A DNA stretch of 63,995 bases, the filler included, from Circinaria calcarea (lineage: Eukaryota): the NCBI GenBank assembly GCA_051942165.1. It is 3 parts of 3 records of this genome, joined end to end, with 100 filler letters (N's around TTAATTAATTAA, not from the genome) between each part and the next. Parts side by side here need not be neighbours in the genome. Positions count along the whole stretch, not along the records: positions 1 to 22,011 come from JAVECS010000134.1; positions 22,112 to 44,121 come from JAVECS010000135.1; 1 more part is not named here. One strand, 5' to 3'. Of the stretch, positions 12,090-23,992 are shown one piece after another. The translations under genes were made by a program, and so were the position numbers. Every line of letters begins with the position of its first letter. Within the stretch, counting starts at the first letter, position 1. The notes beneath the pieces were generated by a model. That model was not told the origin of the DNA. It worked only from the letters and a program-made list of their open reading frames with translations, and did no database searches.

Positions 12090-15052
12090 ATGTACTATGT
12101 AAGTTTGTGCTGGCCCTCTACGGCTACCTATCTGTTCTATGTTTGGTAGACTAATGGAGAAACAATTCAGGTGTCACGCCTAATCGGCGGAGCTGGTACT
12201 TCAGCATCGAAGAAGCATGCCCTCAATATCCCCCAACAACGATTGACCTCCTTCAAACGAGCCTACAATGATGTCTTGGTACTGCGAAACTGGGCTACCG
12301 GATGAGAGATGTCTAATGTTTGCTGCAGCAACTATGGCGCAATGGTGACGGCGTTTCCAAAGACGCAATCACTGCGGAGAACATACGCATTCGATTGCGG
12401 CGCCTCTTAGACCTCTTAAAGAATGATTTGAGAGGCACGACACCACATCTGTGCATCACTTTGGCAGCAACATCCCAAATCTTCATCACCATCTCCAACA
12501 TTGCCTCTTCATTTCTGAATGATGGGATCGTACATGAGGCGCTTGAGATATGCAATTTCCTCATTGACTGTGATGAAGAGGAATTTCTCAAAGAACAAAG
12601 CTTTTCCAATGCAACAACTACATTGATTGACGATGTGGTACTGTCCGGTCAGTTAGCAGGGCATACGGAAACAGAGAGCTTGATGCTTGAAGTTCTGTTC
12701 AGCGTCGCCTCAAGAATCCGGCTAGAGCCCGACATACTACCTACCTGGTTTATGCCCCGGAATCATGGCGATAGTACGGGTGATTCTAGGCACCCGGCAA
12801 GTGAGCCGGCAAGGATCACTCGCAGGCAAGACTTTCCTCTATTCTACCTGTTACTCGACCATATAGCGCATGATGGGAGAGCTGGGGAGTTTGCTCGAAT
12901 GGGAGTTTTATATGTCATAGAGACATTGTCGCGTTCCGAAGAACTTGAGCGATGGGTCGTTGAAGGCGACATGGCTATGATGATGGCGAGCGGGCTAGGA
13001 GCATTGTATAGTCAGCTTAGCCGGTAAAGTCCACTGTTGATCTGGATTTTCTTGGCTGATTGCTTACACTTACAGCAAGTTGATTCTTTCTTACGCGGAT
13101 GAAGAGTGCCCAGTAATTTTGGCATTTCCCGAAAGCCGTCAACCTCGATCGTTATCTGATGCCGACGAGACCACGTCGATGGATTATCAGGCTCCCCTTT
13201 CCACGTTTCTTGCCTACCTAGTCTTTTGGCAAGATCTTCTCGAACATTGTACCTCAGTCGAGATCAAGCATACACTGCTTGATCACTTCCAGATACTATT
13301 CCTCCAACAACTACTGTAGGTCTATACCCAAAAATAATTGACTTATACTAACTCTATCGCAGCTATCCCTCCTTGCTAGAATCATCAAACGTAGAAGGAG
13401 GATCTTCCATTGCAGTTTTTACTTATTTGCGCCACATGCTTGACTCTATCGACCAGCCTGAGCTGGTCCGGTCAATCCTCGAGTATTTATTTGGAGCACC
13501 AAAGCAGCCTATCGAATCAAAATCATCTGTGAGGCCGGTCACACTTGCGAGACGACGGAAGTCCGAGATTCTGATCAAAGTTCATGACCATCAAGCACAA
13601 ACGAATTCCCCACAACTCTTCACCCTCCTAGACCTGGTAACCATAGGTCTTCGCAGCAATAGCCAGCAGACGGTTGGTGCTATACTTCAATTGTGTTCCT
13701 CATTGCTTGGCAAACACCATCTGTATGCTTCGGGTCTAGTAAGGACAACGTTGGTTTCAATCGACAATAAGATCCCAACGCATGTTGAACACAATGGGAA
13801 GATAGATGAGTTACTATCCATGGCCGAGGGGATTTTGAGCAGCGACTCTCTCGAAGCGTCCTACGAAAATCATCTACATGACGTCCGAAATCTCTTGGAG
13901 AATCACCCTTGCACTACGTCGATCTTTGCCATACCTGAATTTATTGGATTCGAGATTGAATCTGTGGGGACTGCTGTACCCAGTGCTGATTCACAACCAA
14001 TACGGCTACGATCTATAGTAAACGGAGACCCCTTCCTTGAATCCTTACTGGCATTGATGAGATCATTCTTCTTGAACGACATTGAAACAAATCTAGCATT
14101 GACTCAGGTCTTGGTGGATCTTTCGTCTTGTGGGCTCGTGAGCCTTAGAGGCTGGCTACTTACAGAACTTAAGAATCACGAAAGCGCCAATGATAACTCG
14201 TTGTTGGCAACGGAAAAGAAACACGTGACAGCGTTGCTCGGCGCAGGCAAGTCAGAGCAATTAGGCGATAGTACTGCTCGAGATACATTGTCAGCTCGAC
14301 AAATGGTGAAGTCGACGGGGGACGATCTTTTGCCTATTTTCGCAGTGCTTCATCTGCTAGTAGGTCAAGTCGACTGGTTTCAAAAGCATATTCAAAGCTT
14401 TACAGAATATCTACAAGATCGGAGAAACGCTTTGACAATGGATGCCGTGGCTCATACTCCTGCTAATGATTATCTTACCATGCAAAGATCAAAGGATCCA
14501 AAGATATCGATCCTGTCAGGTCTTCACAAGACCGAAGACACTGGATCCATTTTCAGCCAATTACTACCTGACAAGATGGTAAAGTCCGTTTCTCCCCCTG
14601 CCTCGGTCCGAGGCAGGCAACAGTACACACCCACCTCGTCCACACCTACACTTGTCGGTCACCTTAGCCATTTAAATATCCTGCCGTCAAGAAGTCCATC
14701 TCAGAGTACTTCGAGGACCTATTCTCTCTCGCCTTTACGCAACTCCATAAAGCCATCACAAGTCCCCAAGCCTAGCGATTCTTCAGAGAACTATCCACCA
14801 GAACTGCGGCATAAGATTAAGATTCTCAATGACAGAATGCCTTTACAGAACAGTTTGTGGGAGCCGCCTGGCAGCGAGACCAGTAGCGTTCACAGTGCGT
14901 CTGTTAATGTTGAGGAAGGGATCGAAGAGACGGTAGAGGTCACTCTAGGCCATCTCCTCACGAATGTGATAATTCTACAGGAATTCATATTGGAGCTTAC
15001 AGCAGTCATACAGGTTAGGGCGACTTTGTTCCGTGAGGTTCGGCCCACATGA
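12090..15052 (+). CDS. fhipA: FHIP/FAM160 (RAI16-like) FTS-Hook-interacting protein
   Basis: Motifs DFPLFYLL, GEFARMG, MASGLGALYSQLS, LLYPSLLESS and LLTNVIILQEFILELTAVIQVRATLF. The start is inferred from a 9-nt exon at 12090-12098 plus intron 12099-12170. Confidence 0.85.
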
Positions 15053-16035
15053 TTATGTTACTTGAGCTGGTATACGCAAAGAATTACTATCAATACATGA
15101 TGATTAGATTTCCAGAGATTTTCTGACCTGGTAATATTTACTTTTTGAATGACGCCTAGCCAATCTAACAATGTCGTGGCCTTCACTGCAACCTGCCCTT
15201 CTCGATAAGCGAGCTCTCTGAGCTAATCATCACACCGGATGGAATATCTCGTTGGGTGATATTTTATGTGCTGGAATCTAGTGGAAAGTGTTGGATTCAT
15301 GCAGGAGCTCTGAGAATCAGCGTTGTCCTATGCAGAGCATTCTCGCGGGTTTTCTTTAAAATCTTTAATCACTCGCTTGCTGTTCCGCATTAAGTGGGCA
15401 AGCTGCAGGGTTATAACTACCATCAATAGGGTTATAAACCCATGGTAAATCAATAGTTTCAACCCATCCAGAATCCCTTTTCAATGCCTAGGCACAACGT
15501 GACCGTAAGCATTTCATCACTATAACATACTCGGTGCTGTCATTGCCACGTGCTCCAGGCTCCAAGTTCCAGGCTCCATTCTACGATTCTTCCTGCGAGC
15601 AGTTTTGGCTATAGTTTTTATGTGCTAACATTGTAATCGTTCAAGAATATATATCGAATCTCTACGATCTAATTGGTCAAGATATTTAGTACGCCTAAGG
15701 TTGGGTGCCTCCGAGGTTTGGCACCAGACTGGGAAACCATCCAATAGGAGGCACTTTTCATAGTAACGTGAATTTCACTCTTACCGTGCCGCCGCCGGTT
15801 CTACAATACGATGATCGGCAAAGCCACGATCAAGAAATACCACCGCCGTCGCCTGACTCTGACGATGTCGCCAATTCAGGAGCCTAATCCGCCCCAATAG
15901 CTACACATTTATGTCACGACTGGTTTGTAGTTTCCGCGCGAAATAGTCTTGGCACCCCCTTGCCATGCGCGGAGACTCGGGACTGGTTCCCTCCAAATAC
16001 GAAACTCCTCCGTATAGATAGACTATTTCACGTCA

Positions 16036-16695
16036 GTGGAGGCTCTACCCCCTCCCCTTTTAATGCAGATATGTAAGGCAACTGTCTCGGGCTTTGGTGG
16101 GATTTTGGCAGTCCTTGTAAGAGCCCGGCTAACTATAGGGATAGTGCTTATTCTGGAAGGTTGCAACTTGTCGCTCGCTTTCCTCGTGTTCCAGACACTT
16201 AGGGACTCAACAGCAAAGGGATCTCTTGCCGTGTATCCTTGCCCTACGACAATAGACGTCTCTCTTGGCAGATCTATTGGTACGCTCAATGGATTTCCAA
16301 TTAGCGGATGATCTCGATTTCCTTTGCTTATCTCCTAATAATAACCAGAGCATAATTATTGTTGTTGTCTTCAGCATGTAGATTTGGCGACGCAACAATG
16401 GACATTGATAGAAGTGGAGGGTGCACTCATTCAGGCTAGGCCTGAGGAGTAATTGCCCCATGGGTGTCCGGGAGAACTATAAAATCTTATTTATCCGGAG
16501 ACTATTCCAAGCTGCAGCTTAGGCTACAGCCCTTACGAGTTCTTTAGCCTATTTACCGCTGAGTTCTTCGAGTTACATAATAAGCACCTTGAAGAAGTTC
16601 GAAATAAGGAAATATAAAAAGAACTTCCGGTTACATTCGTTGCCACAGCCTCTCTTGGCCCATACTGGGCTTGGTTTGACAAGCTGGCCACCTGA
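16036..16695 (+). pseudogene. Possible decayed reading frame with several in-frame TAA stops (RIP-like)
   Basis: One frame reads as protein-like across about 650 nt, interrupted mainly by TAA codons (e.g. TAATAATAA at 16336-16344). Product not identifiable. Confidence 0.25.
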
Positions 16696-16999
16696 CAGAC
16701 TTTCTTGTTGCGGCAGAGTTCCACACCGCTCCATGGAGAAAGACCATTAGGTAACAAGGCATGGAATGAGGGCATGATCTGTACGGAAGAAGGGGAGCGA
16801 GATCTCTATATATACCTGCCTTTCGTCCGCTTTCTATCTGACATCTTCACCACAAGACAGCTCACAATATCTTCATCACAAGTCAGCTCACAAGAACTTT
16901 TTCCTCAAACAAGGTCGGGACTTCTGATGCTCACGGTTCCATGCTGAGCAGGCACTAAACCATCCCCTTCTCAGATCCGTCTTTACCAACGAAGTCAAC

Positions 17000-17335
17000 A
17001 TGAAGCCAGCCGCCATCCTCAGCGCTTTCGCTCTCGTCTCCCTCCCTGCCGCATCGGCCTGGCGTCTTCGGCTTTACAGGCACCCAGAATACCGTGACGA
17101 GGTCGAAGACCGCAGCGGGACCCGTTCGCAGCCGTGCAAGAACCTTCCCGCCCCCTACGACAATGCTGTCTCTTCGATGAGGTGGGACGGCGATAGCATC
17201 CTTGGCGAGCGTACAATTCGCCTCTATAACGGGTACAACTGCGTGGGCCAGATTGGTTCCTCCAAGGGCGATTGGAATATCCCCCGGTTTTCTTCAACCA
17301 ACGACAACAAACTAAGCTCCTATAAGATTGATTGA
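17000..17335 (+). CDS. Secreted beta-gamma-crystallin-like protein (111 aa)
   Basis: Signal peptide MKPAAILSAFALVSLPAASA, followed by two Greek-key repeats LYRHPEYRD...DNAVSSMRW and LYNGYNCVG...DNKLSSYKI. TATA-like element near 16808 and putative 5'UTR intron 16914-16974. Confidence 0.8.
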   Translation: MKPAAILSAFALVSLPAASAWRLRLYRHPEYRDEVEDRSGTRSQPCKNLPAPYDNAVSSMRWDGDSILGERTIRLYNGYNCVGQIGSSKGDWNIPRFSSTNDNKLSSYKID

Positions 17336-18609
17336 TGAGCTGGGGAGGCGATCATCCTGGTGGTCGAATTAGGGTCCGTTTTGAGAGACTGGGAAGGGGG
17401 TGGAATGCTCTGAAACAGAAAAGGGAAAGGAAACTGATCAACAGCGTGGCTTCTCACTCTTTTAACTCTGCAAGTTTTTGTGTTCCCCGGACTTTTTAGG
17501 TCTAGTCATTCGCTGTACCGGGTCCTAGCTTTCGGCCTTGATACGTTTGAATTGATTACTTATATTCTGGCCTTGAAAGTTATCTATACTACCGTGAGAA
17601 TCCTGTACCCTTTGTGCGGCGAAAGCGTGAAAAGCAGGGCCACGCCGAATTCTAGTGCTGAGGAATAAACGCCAAAAAAAGAAATTTATACTCCGATTCC
17701 CCCTTTTCTCACGATATACCCTAAGTTGCAGCCTCCCCAGAACAGAAATATATTAGAAAGGTGCAACCATAGCACGGAGGAATTGCATTAACATTCCATA
17801 TGAAATAGGTAGTAGAGCATATATTCTCCAAAAGAAAAAGAACAAATATACGCAATTAGCTCCTCTATATAAACTATAATCCGTAATTAACAATAATATT
17901 CATACTGTAAGGGCTCTACCCGAGAACCCTTACGAACCCTACGGGTGAACCTATACACCGAGGTCACAGGGTATTGGCTTAGCGAGAAAGGTTTTCCTCG
18001 CGAAGCGTTACACGAGAACTCTTTAGCAATAATTCATACGCTACGCGAACCCATTAAGCACATTATCACACAGTTTACCGACCCTTATTCATAAGATCAC
18101 TATACTATTTGTAGAGGATCTTTACATTCTCCAATGTCCATCTCTGCATATAAGCCTCTCTGGCTCTCTGATGCTATTCTATACCAAATAGGAAGAGCCG
18201 GGGAATGCTTGAAAACCCTCTTTTACTAATGACAACCTGCGGCAGTGTCAGCAGTATATGCTCTCGGGAATGGATTATCGGGTCTTGAGAGCTTTGGATT
18301 GTTTCATGATGCCCGCAGGTAAGCTAAAATGTTCATGCAAAGGCAGGTACAGGTTAGCTAGCTAGTCAAGGCTTTCAAAGGGGCCGTAAAGTCTGCGGTT
18401 GGGTAATAGATAGAATCAAGCAATTCCATCACCATTCTACATGACGCTTGCACTCCCGTGACACTAAATACATAAGCGCTAGTAGCGTGGCGCCAACGAA
18501 CGGCTATAACGTGGTTTCCCTCTGTCTGATGTATTTGTACATTTAATTTTACGAGTGATGCTGCCTTCTTACTTGTGATGCCCTCGATAGTACTGTGGTT
18601 CAAACTTTT

Positions 18610-20463
18610 TCAAGATTTCTTCTCTGCCACCACTTCGAGCTCCACGACCTCGCTCGAACTCTCCGTCATCACTTCCTTAACGGGACCCACGAAAATAAAC
18701 CGTCCCCTCACAAACCAGTTCGAGACGGCGAAGATCATGACGGCAATAAAGATCGGTGCCGCCCAGTTCATATTGAGGGCAGTCACCGGCAGGATTGGTG
18801 GAAATGGTAGGAAGATAATCAAAAAGGCACAAAAGGCAATAGCGACTACATTGATAGCTGCACCATATCGACCCATACTCCACGGACCATATTCGATCAT
18901 AGGGCCGTTGAAACGGCGTATGAGGAACATAAGAATGGGCAGGAGGTAGGAGGAATAAAAAGCAATGGTGGTGAGAGAAAGGAGGGCGTTGAAGGCTGTC
19001 GAACTACCAATTTCAATCAAGGAGAGAAGTACGGTCACGAAAAAGTTGAGGAAAACGGCACGAACAGGAGCACGGTAATAAGGATTGACATGAGAAAGGA
19101 AGTTCGAGAAGGGGAGACCACTAGCTATTAATCAGCGTCAAGGGTAACCATGTTATGTAACGCAAAGAAGTGTACGAGTGCTCACTTATCTCTGGCAAAG
19201 GCCCATGTTAAGCGGCTAGTCGAGGCCAAGGAAGCGACCATAGCCAAAGAAAAGATAATGATGAGACTGGATGTCATCGCTGTTGCGGCATAAGGATTTT
19301 GGGTGGCCTGGAAGAATACTTCAATAATGGGATAGCCAGTTCTTGTCCCAATAACCGCACCTGCGTCGGAAATGCTATAGAGCACAGTTATAATGAAGGC
19401 AAAGGCGCAAATTCCATTAATGATGATTGAACTGATCATGGCGCGGGGTATGTTAACGTTCGCCCTGGTAGTCTCTTCGCTCATGTGGGCGATGCTGTCA
19501 ATTCCTGGTTTTAAGATGTCAGCGTGACTTACCTGGTCGTAGGAAAGTAATGAACCGTACCAGCAAGGGAAAATGCCGGAGTTAGAAAACCAATGCAGAA
19601 GCTGATGCCATCGTTGGGCCAACCACCTCCATTCACAAACAATTTCCATACGAAGGCGTTGCTGGCCTTCTTACTCGTCACCAACAACGCGATCATAACT
19701 ATGAAGAAGAAGAGACTGAGTGGTAGGTCAATACCCAAGCTTCTAAATGTTGCACGCACACTTACATATGCAGTATTCCGGCCAGCATTTCGACTTTAGG
19801 CAAGAACCTCTTGCCTAGAGTATTAGCCAGGCAGCATAGCCCGCTGACGGCAATCATGAGAAGCGTAGCATGCCAACGTTGTGGGTTGTAGGACGAATAG
19901 TTGAAGATTACTAGCCCCTGTAACAGTGTTGCAGTGAGGAAAGCTGTGGACGAAAGACCTGCCTGCCAAGTCACAAGGGTTATCCAGCCTTGTACCCAGC
20001 TCAAAAACGCTCGAGCCTGAGGTGGTGAATGCTCAGCCGTCCAATGATATTGTGCGCCTGAAATTGGAGAACTGCATAGACAACCTCAGTTACCTGTGCA
20101 AGTCCAGGCTCTCCGATCAAAGAAACTGCTGCCAGGAAGACCGACATTGATGCCATTTCAGCGAGGGATCCGCCTATTGCCAAAATACCCAGGATGGATA
20201 CAATGAAGCCGTATACCACCGAAACCGGGCCCCCATTCAGAAAGGCACTTCCAAGGACGACCCCGATAGTTTCCCAAGTGCCTAGCGTGGTGACTGAAAA
20301 CCCAAGAATTGAAAAGAAACCCCATTCTCTCTGCATTCAGTGTTTGGTAAGTCAAGTTCGATAAAAACGGATAGTATTGCCTAACCTTCAACTGCTCTCT
20401 CTTACCCGCCCGCTCTAAAGCTGCCTGATCGGAATCAACCGTGAATCGATTATCAAAACTCAT
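18610..20463 (-). CDS. APC-superfamily amino acid/choline/GABA permease (Hnm1/Uga4-like), multi-exon
   Basis: Motifs NGGPVSVVYG, SLAEMAS, GIDSIAHMSEE, SRLTWAFARD and NMNWA, with many transmembrane segments. Confidence 0.9.
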
Positions 20464-20911
20464 CTTCTCGTTTCAACGCTATAACAAAGGTATAGAGAGA
20501 GCAAAGACAAAAGAGGAATGCAGCTCCCTTTATGTCAAAAGATGACAAGAAATAGGGATGGGTAAAGCCATACCGATAAGGGCACATCTGACTGTGCGGC
20601 AGATATGCAGGTAGCCGTATTGTTTTACTTGAGTGGTTGCTGAAGGAAGATTTATGCGCCTATCGAATCCCGGACCTCAAATATAAGGGCGGGTGTAACA
20701 TCTCCACTACGACCGATTTGCCGGAGTAACCCTGGGTCTTCATGAGATGCATAATCCAACAGCCAATCCATTGCGATGGTTTCCATGTCGTACAAGATCA
20801 TTGCGCTATTTCATGACACTAGAACAACCTACAAGGGACCAAAGGGTAATGTAGGGGGGTTAATCCTTTGCCAAAACAGGAAAAAGAGACCTACAGTACT
20901 GAGCTTTGATG

Positions 20912-21413
20912 CAAGGCCTCCAATAGTAGCTCTGCACTGCACTGTACTGGCTGCACTGCCAAGGCTTCATGTAAATAGCGTAGAAAATTCCAAACGCCCG
21001 TTCCACCTCACAGTACCTTTGTAATTGTAATCCATCTCTTCTATGGTCTATAAGACCTTGCCTTAGCCTGTGCTTCCGGACTCGGTGCGCGGAAAGAAGA
21101 GAGTCGTGGTTAATTAAATTTTACAGCATCGAGAACTAATACAGCGCTGATATTGTATTTAATTATCACGACCTTTTTAGGTGTGGTGTTTCTATATATT
21201 ACACGATATGTAGTTGAAGACTATCCAATCCGGCCTAGCTTCAGGGTTCAGGAACACTAAATTTCAAATTTCCCCCACCATTAATTTTCACTTAATAAAT
21301 CAGTACACACTGGCAGTGCAATATATTCTGCACTGATAGTACAGGCTTGGCACTGCACACTGCACCGTGAACCGCCCAGCCGCACTGCACCGGCTGCACT
21401 ATTGGAGGCCTTG
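20912..21413. mobile_element. Non-autonomous hAT-type MITE, 502 bp
   Basis: Perfect 16-bp TIRs CAAGGCCTCCAATAGT (20912-20927; reverse complement at 21398-21413). 8-bp TSD CTTTGATG (20904-20911 and 21414-21421). Subterminal TGCAC(TG) repeats and an AT-rich non-coding core. Confidence 0.85.
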
Positions 21414-22011
21414 CTTTGATGCCGATAGGCTTGAATTGAGGGAAGGCTTCACCGTTCCTTATGTGCATACCGTTTCCTTGTGTATATAATGACATTCACA
21501 ACTCGGGTGTGGAGGGATGCGTCTTGATTAGGCTTATCCAAACTCTACCAGCAGTGCCTGACTAGAATATTGCCGAGGAGTTCCGCGAGCTCCCAGAGCT
21601 CCGTCCCCTTGCCTACCTTTTCAGAATGATCCGGACTACCTCCAACAAGGCTAGTGTGACTTTCTATTAGAGAAGAACTGGGTGTCTGAGGGGCATATAT
21701 GATGCTGCCTGGTTTGGAATGTTCAAAGGATTCTGCGGGTTCGTCCGTACTGAATATCCACACAAACTTGCAGGGCATAGCTTCTTGGCTTGAGCTCCTT
21801 TCCGCCATAATTTGTTGATGATATATGAGATATATCGCCTGAAACAAGCCGCTGCAATCAGTGGCCGCCAAGAGAACCCCGTGGCCTAGACAGAGGACAT
21901 GCAAGATCGGAAAGCGAGTTAGAAACGCCGCAAACGAGGCAACATGTAACCTGCCATACAAAGAGATGTTTGCGATAGAGTCATGTTGCAGAGCAAACCC
22001 CTTGGACTTTT

Positions 22012-22111
22012 NNNNNNNNNNNNNNNNNNNNNNNNNNNNNNNNNNNNNNNNNNNNTTAATTAATTAANNNNNNNNNNNNNNNNNNNNNNNNNNNNNNNNN
22101 NNNNNNNNNNN
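22012..22111. other. Scaffold gap with artificial TTAATTAATTAA spacer
   Basis: N-run, 12-nt spacer with stops in all six frames, N-run. The same structure recurs at 44122. Confidence 0.95.
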
Positions 22112-23512
22112 GAGGAGAAGAGGAGGCAGATGGGAGAGAGGAGGGAGATGGGGAGGGCTGGTGGGCGCGAAAGGCAGCGCGAAGACGCGATACCACGCCT
22201 GCTTCGCGCGCGGCAGCTAGGATGCTGGGACTGTAGCCGCCCGAGACGTCGGTGCCAAGACCGACATCGATGCCCTGGTCGAGGTATTCGCGCACGGGGC
22301 AGATGCCACTGCCGAGGCAGGAGTTGCTGATGGGGCAGTGGGCGATTTTGGCGCCACGGCTTCGGACGAGGGCGACCTCGGTGGAGGAAAGGTGGCAGGC
22401 GTGCGCGAGGAGGGTCTTGGGCGTGAGGAGGCCGTAGGCGTCGTAGACGGCGGCGTAGGAGGCGTGGGCGGGGAAGAGGGATTTGACGAGGGCGAGCTCG
22501 GCTTTGGTCTCGGCGATGTGGGTTTGGATGGGGAGGGCGGTTTCCTGGTGGAGAGCGCCGAGGCCGGAGAGGAGGTCGGGGGTGCAGGAGGGGGCGAAGC
22601 GTGGGGTGATTATGGGAGCGAGGAGGTGGTGGAAGGGGTCAATGGTGTCGATGTGGGCGATGGTGGCTTTGGTGTCTGCGAGCGCGGAGGCGGTGGAGGC
22701 GTCCTTGTAGTAATCAGGGTTGATGTGGGAGTCCATGTTGCAGCGGCCGATGAAGGCGCGTTGGCCGAGGCTGAGGCAGATGTCGGCGAGCAGGTTGGTG
22801 GCCGGGACGTGGGTGGTGGCGTAATAGGCGGCTGTGGTGGTGCCGTGGGCGAGGGTGCGACTGACGCAGCGGGTGTAGATGCGTTTGGCGGTGGGGAGGG
22901 AGGAGAAGGTAGATTCGAGCGGGTAGGTGTAGGTCTCGAGCCAGGAGAGGAGCGTAGATTTGCCAAAAATGCCGGCGTTAGGGAACTGAGGGGCGTGGAT
23001 ATGCGTGTCTGTGCGGGAAGGGGTTGGCAAAGTTCACGGATAGCAGAGACGCTTGGGATTGTGATTTGGATGAGAAGCATTCTCTCCTATATGAGAAGCT
23101 GCGAGAATACGAAACATGTGCAACCATTCTTCGAACAGAGACGGTTGATTAGATGTAGATCGAGCAGGAGACAATCTTCAATCGGCAGCCATTGGCACAC
23201 CCAATAATTTCAACGCCGGAACAATGGGCAAGCACATCAAGAAACTCCAGTCTCACCAACGAACCCCGGAAACCAAAACCGACACCCTCCACCATCCCCT
23301 TCGATCACATCATGCTCGGTCCAACCGCGTTCTTCCGCCATGCTATCTAATTTGGCCTTAGGCCGGTTCTTTTCAACGAAGGCGATGTTTCCCATTTCGT
23401 CAACCCCGATTGCTGCATTCTCCAATATTTCAAGTTCGGTCAGAGATGTATTGTGGATGAATGTACCGTAATATATCGTTCGCCGAGGAGGCTTCGGTGA
23501 AGCCTGGGCCAT
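22112..23512 (-). CDS. GUD1: Guanine deaminase, 3' end lost in the assembly gap
   Basis: FWFPGFV|DTHIHAPQFPNAG, GTTTAAYYAT, PIITPRFAPSC, IQTHIAE, HCPISN and VGLGTDVSGGYS. Confidence 0.93.
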
Positions 23513-23992
23513 GGGAGATGCGAGTTGGTAAAACTAACCAATTTACCTATAAGCAGGTACTCGCAAGACTCAATTGTTGTATATTCAATGCAAGCGACAG
23601 GAAGAGGTTGATATATACATGAAGACCATATATCTCTAGTTGCATTGAATGGTCAAGGCTAAAATAGTTTTGGCATAGCGGCGGATGATTGGCGGCGAGC
23701 TCCGGTTAGGGTTAAGTAGACGAAAGGTTAGCGGCCTTTACTCAAAGCAAATGCAATCTAGCATAAGCTTGGGTGATAGGGCTCACGCTTTACCGCCAGG
23801 CATGCTAGTCAATTAGACGGTACAACTTGTATCAAATACATTTCAACTCGAGGGGTATCTAAGTATCACCTATGGATGCTATATCCTGACAACAAGCAAC
23901 AAATATCAAGCACCTCCTTGGGTACGGCAAAAAATATGCAATACTCCTCAAGACCCAACCCCAGCGCTATGCAGGAATAGAGCATCCATATA

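Noticed and set aside
21545..21961. ORF left of the gap considered as the GUD1 3' end
   Set aside because: No amidohydrolase C-terminal motifs. The real GUD1 end is probably in the gap.
22056..22067. TTAATTAATTAA palindrome inside N-runs (also at 44166-44177)
   Set aside because: Identical spacer centred in both 100-nt gaps. It is an assembly linker, not biology, and the ORF ends it creates are artificial.
22338..23207. 289-aa Gly/Glu/Val-rich plus-strand ORF
   Set aside because: Antisense shadow of the GC3-rich guanine deaminase exon.
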